A DNA stretch of 64,000 nt from Pachysolen tannophilus NRRL Y-2460 (GCA_001661245.1 KV454014.1:574954-638953); one strand, 5' to 3'. Shown: positions 24,176-36,508, counted from the first letter of the stretch. Numbers and translations: made by a program. The notes: generated from the sequence alone by a model not told the origin.

Positions 24176-26071
24176 ATGGATAATATGGATTCAAATATAG
24201 ACCCCGAAATTAATAACGCTGCTGCCGCTGTTGATTTTTCATCTAAATATACTACAGATCTGGTTGTAGATGACTTAAGGTGGAAAAACACGTCTTCAAG
24301 TGCTAAGAATGATAGTGGCTTGTATCAAGTCACGCAAGAACATGGTGAAGGGATTGAAGAAGATGATTCTCCAGTGGATACTGCCACTCAAGCTTTAAAA
24401 GTGTTACTGTACGATTCTGGAAATGCTATAAACAACAATCATGATACGAATGAGATAGTACAACAAGCAATGAAAGCTAATCCTATAGCTCCAATTACGA
24501 CGGGTTCTGGCTCTGGCTCGGGCTCACCTGTGTCGAACGTAAGCGCTGAAACCGCTGCTAGTATTGCTGCTTCGAAGGCTGCAGCCGCCGCTGCTGCTTC
24601 TGCTGCCACTGCTGCCGCTGCTTCTGCTTCTGCCACCACTAACACTATAAATACAAAGGCATCTGGCACTACTGATACAAAGAGAAAAAAGAAGCCATCA
24701 AGATCAAATAAGACTTCGTCGTTTATCAACTATGATACTTTTACTCCAGCACCTCATTTGGGTGCTTCTTCAGCTCTGAGGAAATCCAGTAATACAAATA
24801 CCACAACAGCAACAACAACAACAAATAATAATAATAATAATGGTGGTGTAATATCCAATTTTAGCAATGAATATATACAAGACATGGGACTGAATGATAT
24901 CCATCGCGGTACAGCCTCAAATTATCATCAGTTGCCCATTGGTACAATATCAAATCCAGTTTCTTTGGATAATAATACAACGCTAACGGTTAAAAATGCA
25001 AAATCTTTAAAACCAGTGGTTTCATCGAATAATCAAAACCATTTAGTGTTTAAGAATAAAACTGTTCCTCCAAATAATAGTTTAGGTCATACTGTTACTA
25101 GTACAAAATTTGGCCCTTCTTTAAAATCCACGCCCACTCCCATGCCCACATCAACCTCAGCTTCAGCGTCAACCTCAACGGCTACTTCTACTGCTGCCGC
25201 TGCTGCTTTTCTCGCGCATCATCACCACCACCACCATAACCATTATCATCATCAACATAACAAAGTCCCGGCTGCATTGTTAACAAAAGCACCAGAAAAT
25301 TTAATAAATTTTGTAATTATGGATCCTTCAACTAAAAAGGGATTATCCAAAAGATTAGGAAGGCCAAAGAGAACTATCAGAGTAAGTGATCCATTTATGT
25401 CTTCAGAAAATAATTTTAATGATTCTATAATGTCAAGGTTCAGGTTTGATTCATTATCCACTTCGGTAAATTCTTCTCGTACAAATAATAGAGGTGCTGC
25501 AATTGGAGCCATTAATAAAGAATTTGACAAGATGAGAAATTGTAATGATAAACTGAAATTACAACATAAACAAAGAACTAGAGGTAGAAGAGTTATTCAA
25601 CATACTGATGGTTTCAAATTAGTCTTGGAAGATCCAGGTGTCGCAAACGATATCTTTGTTCCATATAATGTTGCTGATAACATCAGAGATGATACTAAAA
25701 ATAATAATAATAATGTTAATAATAACAAAAATGTAAACAATAAGGATGGTGAGCAGCCTACTATTGTACTTGAAGATTATGAATCTTTAAGAGCAAAAGG
25801 TCGTAGTACAGCAAAAGATTATCCACAATCACAGAGTTTAAATATTAAAAAATATAATGTCAATGATATCAAGAAAAATAGTATTCTTGATCTGCAGATG
25901 GACCCAACTTTATTGTTAGCAGATAGTAATAAAAATAAAGCTACAAGGAGAAGACATGAAATCGAGGTTGAACGAGGTGCTGATGTCTCTTCCTCCAAGA
26001 GAAGACAAAGTATTGTATTTGTCGAAAAGAATGATAATAGAAAAGTAGGGTCCAGAAGTAAAAAATCCTGA
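24176..26071 (+). CDS. Uncharacterised low-complexity protein, probably nuclear (AT-hook-like GRPKR)
   Basis: Long ORF, first ATG at 24176. PolyA/N/H tracts, NLS-like KRKKK, KRLGRPKR. Confidence 0.75.
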   Translation: MDNMDSNIDPEINNAAAAVDFSSKYTTDLVVDDLRWKNTSSSAKNDSGLYQVTQEHGEGIEEDDSPVDTATQALKVLLYDSGNAINNNHDTNEIVQQAMKANPIAPITTGSGSGSGSPVSNVSAETAASIAASKAAAAAAASAATAAAASASATTNTINTKASGTTDTKRKKKPSRSNKTSSFINYDTFTPAPHLGASSALRKSSNTNTTTATTTTNNNNNNGGVISNFSNEYIQDMGLNDIHRGTASNYHQLPIGTISNPVSLDNNTTLTVKNAKSLKPVVSSNNQNHLVFKNKTVPPNNSLGHTVTSTKFGPSLKSTPTPMPTSTSASASTSTATSTAAAAAFLAHHHHHHHNHYHHQHNKVPAALLTKAPENLINFVIMDPSTKKGLSKRLGRPKRTIRVSDPFMSSENNFNDSIMSRFRFDSLSTSVNSSRTNNRGAAIGAINKEFDKMRNCNDKLKLQHKQRTRGRRVIQHTDGFKLVLEDPGVANDIFVPYNVADNIRDDTKNNNNNVNNNKNVNNKDGEQPTIVLEDYESLRAKGRSTAKDYPQSQSLNIKKYNVNDIKKNSILDLQMDPTLLLADSNKNKATRRRHEIEVERGADVSSSKRRQSIVFVEKNDNRKVGSRSKKS

Positions 26072-27046
26072 TAAGCTTAAGTTTCATCTCCTCCACACTA
26101 TACCGCTTCAATTGTATTATACTAATTTATTGCTTCTTTTTTTTTTTATGTTTAAATTATGGAATCAAATCATGAGAGCCTTGTTCCATTTTTTTTTTCT
26201 TTTTTTTTTTTTGCTTTTTTTTTGCAAATTCTTGTATTACTATAGATGGTTTGTTTTTTTTTTTCAATCAACATTTTTATTTCTTTTATGATTATCACTG
26301 TTGTCTGGAAAATTTCCATGGAACTTTCCATGAATTTTTTTCAGGTACCCCTTTCCATTCATTTTTCTTCCATTTTTCTTTATCATATTGTATTCTTATA
26401 TATCTGTTCTACTTACTCTGTTCATGATGTATATAGTTCCTAGTTCAACGCGTGATTTCACATATTTTCAACTACAGTAATTAATTTAAGTTTCATCTTA
26501 TTTTACCAAAAAGCAAAAAGCAAAACGCAGAAAAAAAAAAAAAGAAAACAGAATTCAAATTTTGCAAGGTTCACAAACAAACTTAAGCTCATTTGAAATC
26601 TATGTAATTCTGGATACATGGAGAGAAATAACGGGATCTGTTCATCGTTAAGCGTTTCAGTAATGTAATCTGATGTCATAGTGTATAACTTGTTTTCTGT
26701 TTTGAAATTTCAAGTTTTCATAGTATTTCCTTTTCAGTACAGTTAAAAATGAGTAATCACCAACAAACAGCATAAAATTTCGTCACCCAACCCTTATCAG
26801 GTCTGCATCATGAAATCACCAGGTACTATAGTTTCTATATATTTATATATATTTAAAGATGATTAAGATTATGATTTTGAATTTTGTGAATATTTATGAA
26901 ATAATTTATATATAGCCAATATCTCATTCATTAGCCATAAATGTTTTTTTTTATTTATAAAAAAACTTGTATCCCTTATTTTTTTTTTTCATTGTTGTCC
27001 TCATCGCAAACACAAAGATAGATAGATAGATAGATACTAAAAGAAA

Positions 27047-27673
27047 ATGAGTGGCGATTTTACAAAGACTTCAAAACCGGGTACAAATTTTTCAGAATCA
27101 GATCTGGAATCCGATCAAAGATGGATATATTGTCCTTATCAAAGGTATTTTGCAAGATATAACAATAATGAAATAGTACCCAAGAACTGGAAAGAGTTAA
27201 CAGATCTGAAGAATAATAATTTTAAAAATTTTGAACCAAATAGAACCAATATCAATATTGTTGAGAAGAATCTGAGTAATGTAGATGATTCTCCATGTTA
27301 TTTTGGTGCTGTTGACAATGATAACGGATTCAGTAGAAGGCAAAGTTTAGTTTCAACGATTTCGACACCTAGTTCTTCAAAGAATTTTGGTCTCCCCAAT
27401 GATTCAACAGAAACTTTTAACACGTCATTATCAAATTGTTCAGATATTGAGTCGGCGGTGCACTTTAAAAATAGTAAAACGAAAGCGCTTTTGCCATTCA
27501 ATAAAACTGTGGAATACGAAGGATATAATAATAGAGAAAATAATGATGTGGCAAAGTTTAAGATTGCAATCGATAGTAATCGTATAATTCAAAAAAATAA
27601 TAAAATGAAAAATCCTAAACTCAAACTAAAAATAGATACCCAAACTGCTGTAACTCGTGATCGTGATTATTAG
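27047..27673 (+). CDS. Uncharacterised protein (208 aa)
   Basis: ATG in an AAAA context; a 208-codon ORF in AT-rich DNA; no family recognised. Confidence 0.65.
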   Translation: MSGDFTKTSKPGTNFSESDLESDQRWIYCPYQRYFARYNNNEIVPKNWKELTDLKNNNFKNFEPNRTNINIVEKNLSNVDDSPCYFGAVDNDNGFSRRQSLVSTISTPSSSKNFGLPNDSTETFNTSLSNCSDIESAVHFKNSKTKALLPFNKTVEYEGYNNRENNDVAKFKIAIDSNRIIQKNNKMKNPKLKLKIDTQTAVTRDRDY

Positions 27674-27873
27674 AATTTTTAAAGGTTGTTCGCTGACAAG
27701 GAGGCAAGAAGCTATATAATGCATTGGATTTAGAATTGGTAGAATTATAGATTTTGATTAAATAGAATATAGATAATTATATATTTAAAGATAAGCAAGA
27801 AAATCAAATTATTGGTTAAAAAAAAAGAACATCATTGTAAATACTTTAGTAACAAAACTTTTCAGTTTACTTT

Positions 27874-29049
27874 TCAAGAGATAATTCTTGAACCAGTACC
27901 TGCATTAGGAATTTTTGGTAATTTGCTCATCAACTTCTTTCTTGAAAACTGCGGTATCTTTCTAGAAGGATCTCTAAATGGATGTGCATTTGCATCTGCA
28001 ATTAACTTTTCTCTTAATTGACCCCCACGATCAAGAACTTTTTTAGCTTCTTTCTTGGAATTCTTGGAAACGTTTGGAATCTTTGGAGTATTTGGCAGTC
28101 TATTTGGTTTGAATTTGTCAGTTGAAAAAAAATTTTGTTGAACATCATTTGCCTTTATTAAAGGTGTTACAGGTGAATCTGGTGCTCTATTTGGGCCAGG
28201 CGCTGGTTCTTCGTCATTAATTTTTGCATTTTTCTGATCCAAATGCGTTTCTTTTGGATTTTCAGTTAAAACAGTAGCTTGTTTTTGAGCCTGGGTTTGG
28301 GTTTGGGTCTGGGTCTGGGTCTGTGTTTCAGTATGTGCTTCAGTCTGTGCTTTATCCTGTGCTTTATCCTGTGATTGAACTTCAGCTTGAGCTTGAGCCT
28401 TTGTATTTTCTTTATTTACTTTTTCAAACTCATTCGTGGTATAATTTGGGTCTGTAAATTTTGGATTTTGATCTGATTTGTAAGGGTCACCTCTTAGTCT
28501 TCTATCAGAAAATGTAGGCAATAATTCAATTTTATTTGCGCTTGCTCGAACCAAACCTTGAGCCTGTACGTTCGATTGATCTAAATGACTTTTAACCCCA
28601 ATATCCTTTTTAGGTAGCTTGGCTGCTGCAGCAAATTGTTTAAACTCCAGCTCAACTTCTTCTGGTTTAATAAAACTGATTTTACCATAACTTTTATGTT
28701 TTCCCTTTTTGTTTCCAACCTTAGTTGTTATCAGCTTTGTAGGTGTTGGTGCTGGTGTAGCAGTTGTACGTAATTGTGGAGGAGGAGGTGGAGGGTTATC
28801 CAACATTTCAAGACAAGTACCCAAATAGTGGTCTCTAGCACTTTCAAAAGTACCATAGGGACAAATGCTAAGGAGACAGTTTGTGATCTCTTTTTCTTTT
28901 GCACAAAGACAAGTAAAATTTCTATGTGTCATTGGACAGTAATGAGCATAATTATTGATACATGACAAAAAACAAGCTGGTGGAGTTGCTGATACTAAGT
29001 TAACTAAAAAGGGTATGGTAACGGAAACTAAAAGAATAAAGTATTTCAT
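27874..29049 (-). CDS. Secreted CFEM-domain protein (Ccw14-like N-terminus)
   Basis: ATG at 29049; signal peptide MKYFILLVSVTIPFLVNLVSA; 8-Cys domain TPPACFLSC...C...CLC...CLLSICP...C; P/T/Q-rich stalk. Confidence 0.8.
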   Translation of the reverse strand: MKYFILLVSVTIPFLVNLVSATPPACFLSCINNYAHYCPMTHRNFTCLCAKEKEITNCLLSICPYGTFESARDHYLGTCLEMLDNPPPPPPQLRTTATPAPTPTKLITTKVGNKKGKHKSYGKISFIKPEEVELEFKQFAAAAKLPKKDIGVKSHLDQSNVQAQGLVRASANKIELLPTFSDRRLRGDPYKSDQNPKFTDPNYTTNEFEKVNKENTKAQAQAEVQSQDKAQDKAQTEAHTETQTQTQTQTQTQAQKQATVLTENPKETHLDQKNAKINDEEPAPGPNRAPDSPVTPLIKANDVQQNFFSTDKFKPNRLPNTPKIPNVSKNSKKEAKKVLDRGGQLREKLIADANAHPFRDPSRKIPQFSRKKLMSKLPKIPNAGTGSRIIS

Positions 29050-29788
29050 CTTTACTGGATTTTTCAATTGTATTTTGGCCAAATATTGAAATTATATTTG
29101 CACCAGAATTAATCGGTTTCCTATATAGTAAAATATGTTTATTAATTCTAAAACTGTACTAAATTTTTATCATACTATAATACTACAAAACACTTTCATC
29201 TATTCTCTTTTTCCTAAAAGGCCTTCAACGCATCAAAGCTTTAACTATAGTCTTGGGTTTCAATGAGTTTCCTCATTTTTGTGGTTTTTCAAGAAACTTG
29301 ATTCTCTTTCGAAATGCAAGATTATGCATACCAGAAACAATATGAGCCGCACACGTTTGGGTCTTCAAAAATTAGACCATCAAAAGTACGATATTCATCA
29401 GTTCAAGACATTTAGTGGTTACAGCGATCTGAAATGGAGAAAAGAAAAAACCGAATTTCGAATATTTTTACTTTGCTTTCTGTGAATGATCGGGGAAACT
29501 AATTTGAAAAAATTAAGCTGCAAATATTCAGATACCTGGATACGGTAAAGTGTATTCCTACTATTTTCCTGTTAAATACGTAAACACGAAATTTAAGCGA
29601 GACTTCAGTTCAACTGTATTTATTTTTATTCATAATTATGTAATAATAACGGGGTTAATTTTAAAAATTATTAAATACTAGATCTTATTCATAGCTAAAA
29701 TTTTGAAAAACAGTACTCCAACTAAGTTACTTAGAAAGAAAGTAGGTACAGAGTAAAGAATTATTCGAAAAAAGGACTAATTTTTCCT

Positions 29789-30802
29789 TTACTGAGGGAT
29801 TTCTAAAACTATTTTACCAGAAGTTTTTCTATCTTCCAATAGCTGTGTCGCAGTAGCATAATCCTTTAATGGGAAAGTCTTAAAAATGTTGATTTTTAAA
29901 TCACCATTATCAATCAATCTTAACAACTCTTTCGAATAATATTCCCACTCTTCAGGCTCGGTAACATAACCATAGAGCATTGGTCTTAAAACTTTCAAAT
30001 TTTTAGAACTCAATTTCATTATTGAAAGTGGTGGAACAGCTCCTGAAGCATTTCCAAAAGAAACAAAAGTACCTTTTCTAGCTAAGGAATCAAGTGAAAT
30101 ATCAACGGTATCTTTACCGATACCATCGAACGAAGCAATAACACCTTTACCATTCGTAAATTCTTTTACTTTTTCAACGATATTATCAGTCTTGGAATTG
30201 ATTAAAAATTTGGCTCCAAATTTTTTAGCCAACTGTAATTTTTCATGGGTTGATGCTGTTGCAATAACATGAGCACCTCTTTCTGTAACAAGCTGCGTAA
30301 AAATTAAACCACATCCTCCAGCTGCTGCATGTATTAAAATATAATCACCTTTTTGAACATTGTAGGCCTCAGTGATAAAAGTTAATACAGTTAAGCCATT
30401 GACTATCGATCCAGCATAAAGTTTCAACTGTTCGTCAGTAACACCATCATCCAATTTCACAATTTTGGATTTCGGATCATATTTTGTATATTGTGCAAAA
30501 GTGTTATTACTCAAGTAAGCAACTTTATCACCAGGTTTAAAACCTTTAACATTTTTACCCACAGCAGCAACGACACCGGAAGCTTCTCTACCTAAAACGT
30601 TAGGTAAAGCTGAAGGATATAAACCTGATCTGAAATAAGAATCAATGAAATTGATACCAGCAAACTTATTCTTGACGAGAATTTCATCTTCAGAAATACT
30701 TGGAACTGGGAAGTCTTCTTCATACCTTAAGACCTCAGGGCCACCAGTTTCTCTGTAAAGAACGACTTTTTGAGTTTTTGGGATTTCAAATAAAGTTGTC
30801 AT
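29789..30802 (-). CDS. ZTA1: NADPH:quinone reductase (zeta-crystallin family); possible TTG-initiated extension to 30898
   Basis: Motifs GGPEVL, AGINFIDSYFRSGLY, GREASG, HAAAGGCG, SFGNASG, TSGKIVL. Confidence 0.93.
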   Translation of the reverse strand: MTTLFEIPKTQKVVLYRETGGPEVLRYEEDFPVPSISEDEILVKNKFAGINFIDSYFRSGLYPSALPNVLGREASGVVAAVGKNVKGFKPGDKVAYLSNNTFAQYTKYDPKSKIVKLDDGVTDEQLKLYAGSIVNGLTVLTFITEAYNVQKGDYILIHAAAGGCGLIFTQLVTERGAHVIATASTHEKLQLAKKFGAKFLINSKTDNIVEKVKEFTNGKGVIASFDGIGKDTVDISLDSLARKGTFVSFGNASGAVPPLSIMKLSSKNLKVLRPMLYGYVTEPEEWEYYSKELLRLIDNGDLKINIFKTFPLKDYATATQLLEDRKTSGKIVLEIPQ

Positions 30803-31257
30803 ATTTCTGGCAAATACTGGATATATTATTGAGTTTTTCAATAAAAATTTTGAAGAAGAAAAGCTATGAGTTGCTAACTTTGCAATTGACCGAAACAATT
30901 TTGAAAATTTTTATATTGAAGGAATCTCGAGTATTTAATTATCAAATTAATGATAAATCGATTAGTAATATACAGGGACGGAATTAGTACCCGATGTTAA
31001 TTTAAATCAAATTTAGTGGGTGAAAAATAAAAATGAAAATAAATACAACCACAGTTTTTTTTTTTTTTTTATTTTTTTTTATTTTTACAAGTACGAATTA
31101 TAAATAGTTTTATCATATCAAAATAAAAGAAGCAGTAAAAATAAAAATAAAAGCTGAAATAATTAAAAAGTCTCATTATAAAAAAGCTTTGATGATAAAA
31201 CTATACATACAAAAAAATTTTCTTGGTCTCACAGAAACCATCAATTTCCTTAACCTT

Positions 31258-32565
31258 TTAGTCATCGGTATTCTCTTTCTCTTTATAAGATTGGACTCTT
31301 TCCTTATTATGTTTAGCAGTCATTATAACCTGATGTAGAGCATCGAGATGAGGATTCGATTTCGACTTGGTATTCGCACTATTGTTGGATTCGCTGCTAA
31401 TACTTGACAGAGAAGGGTTACTCAAATGAGTCCTCTCCAAGGCATCCAATAATGATTTCCCTCTTTCACCTGGAAGATTCAGTGATAACGAACTAACTGA
31501 TGACGATGACAGACTTGACAAGTGATAATCTAGTTCAGATACATCATCATCTGTTTCACTTGCCAAACTCTTTAGACGCTTGATACGGTTATTCAATCTG
31601 ACCAATTCTATAACTTCTCTAAACTTCTTTCTAGCATCGAAACCTTCTTTAACATTAGGCAAGAGATCGAATTCCTTATGTAACTTACAAGTTTCAATTA
31701 GCCAACTATCTGTGAGTAATTCTCTTACAGTTGGTCTATCGGAAGGATTTGGCAGTAATGCTTTTAATATGAAAAATCTAGCATCTTTGGATATGTTACT
31801 CCAATATCTTTCATGAAAGATAACTGGATTATTATAATTTACTTCTTCCAAGAAGTCATGTACATTCTCAGCACGAAATGGTAAATAACCACAAAGCAAA
31901 GTATAAGTTATAACACCCAATGACCAAATATCACAAGGTTTACCATGACCAGTACCTTTTAAAACTTCAGGAGCTACATATCCAAATGAGCCAGCCATTG
32001 AAGTTAATAATTGATCTGGAGTACTCAATTTTTTCGCAATACCAAAATCTGCCAATACAATCGGAGATGAATCCGACTTATCTAAATATAGGACATTTTC
32101 AGGTTTTACATCTCTATGAACAATATCTTGATCATGTAAATAACCTAAGGCGAGTAAAATCTGGTAGATCACTTCTCCTGCATCATTTTCAGTAAATGAA
32201 CCTTTTTCAACAATTCTTTCAAACAATTCGCCACCAATTGCCAACTGAGTAACAATATAGATTTTGTCTTTACTTTCAAACCAATCTCGAAATCCAACAA
32301 TATTTGGATGATTTAAATTCTTTAACATATTGATCTCATCATAAACAACTTGTTCATGTCCCTTTAAAGCATTTTTCAACATGATCTTTATAGCAACTTC
32401 TTCCCCTGTAGAATTGTTTCTGGCATGTCTAACAACACCAAATGAACCAGCACCTAAAGTTTTACCAAATGTATAATTTTGCTTGAGTGCATAAGATTCA
32501 GGCTGTCCAGTTATCTTATTCACAATTTTACTAAAATTATGATGATTATGATGAGTCTGCATCAT
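31258..32565 (-). CDS. CMK2: Ca2+/calmodulin-dependent protein kinase (CMK1/CMK2 family)
   Basis: [35 protein letters not shown]; CaM-binding region [20 protein letters not shown]. Confidence 0.9.
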   Translation of the reverse strand: MMQTHHNHHNFSKIVNKITGQPESYALKQNYTFGKTLGAGSFGVVRHARNNSTGEEVAIKIMLKNALKGHEQVVYDEINMLKNLNHPNIVGFRDWFESKDKIYIVTQLAIGGELFERIVEKGSFTENDAGEVIYQILLALGYLHDQDIVHRDVKPENVLYLDKSDSSPIVLADFGIAKKLSTPDQLLTSMAGSFGYVAPEVLKGTGHGKPCDIWSLGVITYTLLCGYLPFRAENVHDFLEEVNYNNPVIFHERYWSNISKDARFFILKALLPNPSDRPTVRELLTDSWLIETCKLHKEFDLLPNVKEGFDARKKFREVIELVRLNNRIKRLKSLASETDDDVSELDYHLSSLSSSSVSSLSLNLPGERGKSLLDALERTHLSNPSLSSISSESNNSANTKSKSNPHLDALHQVIMTAKHNKERVQSYKEKENTDD

Positions 32566-32828
32566 CTTTTAATGCCCGTTAAAAAAAAAACACACTCTAT
32601 TGTAAATCAAATAAATCAAACAATGAAGTTCAGCACCGGATTCAAATTTAAAATAATAAAAATTGTGAAAATGAACAATAGTTCTATAAATATAGATTAC
32701 GAGTGACCTAATAAGTTTATTGTTGTAATCAATGAAATGTAATCATTATTTTTAGGGCTGTGTTTTTTTGTTTATTTGTTGTTTTTCTTTTTTTTTTTAT
32801 TTTTTTTTTATTTTTTAATTTTATCGTT

Positions 32829-33535
32829 TTATAGCAAATTTAGCAAATTGTTGACATCGTTAACTTTTTCGCCTAGCTCTATTAATGGCATTACATTATT
32901 ATTTATCATGGTTAAATGTTTATTGAGATTTTTGATACTGTTGTTTAAATCCGGGTCTTCGTCAACCGGTTCGTATAAATTTAAATTTTTGTTAAACGTT
33001 AGATTAATCAATTCTGATAAATCATTTCTATTTCCGTAATCAATGTTGGGTTTAACTTTAAGTTTTTTTTCTTCTTGTAGCATAATAATTTCATTATCTT
33101 TAATTTGTTTGGATAAGTTATTATAAAATTTTGAATCATTTTCATAAATTTTTTGTAATTTTAAAAGTTCTTTATCTAATACACTTAATTGATTTAAATT
33201 TTTAGATAATACAGACTCTAGATAAAATTTCTTGCTTTGTAACAGTTCAAAATTGAATTCATTTTCCACTAAAGGAGGTAATTTAATTAATTTTAATTTA
33301 TCCGATAATTTTGAAATGATTTGAGTTAATAAAGTTCTTAATCTATCTCTTACTTTGTTATTCTTCCCTGTGTTTAAGACTGTTGGCTCAATATAAAGAT
33401 TTAAAATTAATTTATTAATCAAATTAATATCCTGAGGCAGTAATGGAATCCATAAATTTTGTGCAATTTTCTTTGGAATTTTTTTATTAAAAGTCTTTAA
33501 CTCAATTGGATCTATAACTCCAATACCGCTATTAC

Positions 33536-33588
<53 letters not shown>

Positions 33589-33734
33589 GTCCTAGTACTA
33601 TTAGTTTTACTTCTCTTTGTCTTTTTCTTTACTCTCCCACTTCTTACTTCATCCGCTGGTTTCAGAGGACTTTCAGCTGACAAATCGTCATCCAAGATAG
33701 AGTTCTTCTTAAATAAAGATCCTCGTCTAGCCAT
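32829..33734 (-). CDS. CENP-Q/Okp1-like inner kinetochore protein
   Basis: Basic N-terminus, W-x-P-L motif, LPP...FNFELL...LESVL followed by coiled coil, as in CENP-Q; forkhead sites upstream. Confidence 0.55.
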
Positions 33735-33976
33735 CTTGACTTCTTTATCTATCCATATATAGGTTTTATTTCTATATTTCTAGATATCTCATCAACTTGA
33801 TCGTGTTTACTTTTTCCTTTTGTTTACCAATTATCATCTTTATATCAAAGCCAAAAAAAAAAAAAAAAAATTAACCGCCCTTGTGCGCGGTTAACAAATA
33901 TATATATATTTTTTATAAAATACAAAAGGTTTTATAAAATAGTAAGTAAAGTTGTTATCAAAAGTATTAGATCACA

Positions 33977-36301
33977 ATGCCATCGGTGGAAAGTAATAAG
34001 GTTGTTAATAGTGATTTACAAGCTACAGTAATATCCAAGATCAATGATTATATTAAAACTGAGGATGATTTGCTGAAATTGAACAATTTCAAAATAAATT
34101 ATTTGAAAGAAAATGAAATAATTAATAATAATTTAAAATTTGAGAATAATAAGAATTTAAATGATTTACTCAATGGGTTAGATAATTTAAAGTTATCGCA
34201 TGAGAATTTTAATAAATTAAAAGAAAATATCGATAAGATTGATGCTTTAAAATATCAAACTTTTAGTTCTATAAATAGGTATGATTTAATTAAAAAATTG
34301 GCCAAATTTAATGAATCTTTTAATGAGATTCAACTTATTTATGATAAATTTAACTCTTTCCAAGATAGTTTGAAATATATTGAAGAATTGTGTGATTATG
34401 AGTTAAGTCAAAGTATTGATATTGATTCTAAAGTTTCTAATTTGTTAAATATTCATTTCCATTTAAATAATTTAAGAGATTTTAAAGATAAATTATTTGA
34501 ATATTCATTGACTTTAAAAAATAGTAATGATGATAAAAGAATTATTACATTTTTTTTCAAAAAATTAGATCAAATTATATTGAAATTTGATAAAATTTTA
34601 AAAGAAATTACTCAAGGATTAATTGAAAGTATATTTGAAAATAATTTTTCATTAATAATTAGATTAATTAAAATTATAGAATTTGAAGAAAGAGAAGATT
34701 TAAAATTTAAAATTATACAAAATCTTATTAAAGAAAAAAATGATCAACAAAAAATTTTATTAAAACATACTAATAGGACATCAACAAGAAATTATAAAGA
34801 AAATTTTTTTAAATGGAATCAAGAAACAATAAATGATACTTTTGAAAATTGTAAAAAAAATTTCTTTGATGATGAAAATGGTGATAAATTTGCCATATTA
34901 AACAATTTAAATTGGATATATAGAGATTTATCATTGGTTCAACTTAATTGTGATAGAATTTTTCCTAAAAGATGGCAAATGTTTGATCAATATTATTCTT
35001 GGTATTATGAAAATTTAAATAAAATTCTTGTTGAATTGATAGAACTGGAACCGGAAACTTCAATTATATTAGATATTTTAAATTTTGATAAAGAACACGC
35101 ACAAATAATGAGTGAAGAGTTTCATATTCCCAAAAGTGAAGTTGTTTCTTTAATTGGAGAAGAAAATAAAGAAAAATTATTAAAAGATTATTTGAATTTA
35201 ATAATCAGTATGACAAACAATTGGATGGATAATGTCCATAACACTGAAAGAGATATTTTCTTGAAAAGAAATATTCCACCAGATACTGATGGTGATGGAA
35301 GATTATTTTTGCAAGGTTCAAAAGTTGTTTTCCAAATGTTTTCTCAACAATGTGATGTGGCAGCAAGTTCTGGCCAGGCTAAAATTTTATTAGGGGTGAT
35401 TGAACATTTTTGTGGATTATTAGTTGATAGATCTGCTAAATGGCAAATATTAATAAATGAGGAATTGTCCAATTATTTTGTTTATTTAGATAATCAGGAC
35501 AATATGGAATTTAATGGAGGTTTTATAGAGTATTTGATAGCAGTTGGTAATGATCAAATTAATTCTTGTGATTTATTAGAAAGTTTAGGAAACAAATTTG
35601 TCACATATGTTTCATCGAAATATAAAGATCCCATTAAATCAAATTTAAATTTATCAATTGAAAAATCGATAGATGTGAGTGAAACTGTTAGAGATTCTTT
35701 ATTACAGTTAATATATAATGATGTTAAACCTATATTTGATAAAATTTTTACCAAGAGTTGGTATTTAACAGGTGATGATTTGATGAAACAATTGGTCAAC
35801 ACCATGGAAGAATATTTCCATGAATTTAAAATAGAGTTACATAAGGAGATTTATGATAGTATTTTGGAGGATAGTTTCAATGATATTGTAATTTTAAAAT
35901 ATTTACAAAGATTGAAAAATTCTGTTAAATTTAATAATAAAAAAATCAGTGATGTTATTAAGAGAGATTTGAAAATTTTATACGGATTTTTCATCAATTA
36001 TCTTAGTGATAATTATATTGAGCAACAATTTAGAATATTTGAAATTTTAATGGAATTAATTGATCTTGGTTCCAACCCATCAAATCAACGGTTAATAATT
36101 GAAAAATTTAACAATGAATATTTAAACGATTTTAATGATTTTTCTATATTATTTTTAAATGACATTTTAAAAAATTGTAATACATATAGTGATAAGAAAA
36201 TATCGTTAATATTGAATGAATTAGAAAATGATAAGAAAAAATTTACAGAATATGTTGGCGGTGAAGAAAATATTGTATTAAGTTTTATGTCAAAATATTA
36301 A
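33977..36301 (+). CDS. SEC6: Exocyst subunit Sec6
   Basis: Helical 774-aa protein with LIKIIEFEERED, FPKRW, VFQMFSQQ, EYLIAVGNDQ; lies near RPS24 as in S. cerevisiae. Confidence 0.9.
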   Translation: MPSVESNKVVNSDLQATVISKINDYIKTEDDLLKLNNFKINYLKENEIINNNLKFENNKNLNDLLNGLDNLKLSHENFNKLKENIDKIDALKYQTFSSINRYDLIKKLAKFNESFNEIQLIYDKFNSFQDSLKYIEELCDYELSQSIDIDSKVSNLLNIHFHLNNLRDFKDKLFEYSLTLKNSNDDKRIITFFFKKLDQIILKFDKILKEITQGLIESIFENNFSLIIRLIKIIEFEEREDLKFKIIQNLIKEKNDQQKILLKHTNRTSTRNYKENFFKWNQETINDTFENCKKNFFDDENGDKFAILNNLNWIYRDLSLVQLNCDRIFPKRWQMFDQYYSWYYENLNKILVELIELEPETSIILDILNFDKEHAQIMSEEFHIPKSEVVSLIGEENKEKLLKDYLNLIISMTNNWMDNVHNTERDIFLKRNIPPDTDGDGRLFLQGSKVVFQMFSQQCDVAASSGQAKILLGVIEHFCGLLVDRSAKWQILINEELSNYFVYLDNQDNMEFNGGFIEYLIAVGNDQINSCDLLESLGNKFVTYVSSKYKDPIKSNLNLSIEKSIDVSETVRDSLLQLIYNDVKPIFDKIFTKSWYLTGDDLMKQLVNTMEEYFHEFKIELHKEIYDSILEDSFNDIVILKYLQRLKNSVKFNNKKISDVIKRDLKILYGFFINYLSDNYIEQQFRIFEILMELIDLGSNPSNQRLIIEKFNNEYLNDFNDFSILFLNDILKNCNTYSDKKISLILNELENDKKKFTEYVGGEENIVLSFMSKY

Positions 36302-36447
36302 ATAGATTGTGTAAAAAAATTGTTAATATATTATAGATAACTAAATGTAGTAATTGTCCCGTGTAACTTTTGAAAGAGGTGGTGATAGATAATCAATAGT
36401 TAAATATTAATAAAAATTACTTTGTGAAATATCTTTATATCATTCAA

Positions 36448-36508
36448 ATGTCGAGCATTAAAATATTATCATCATCTCAGAATATAGACAATTCAGTGAG
36501 TAAATTTA

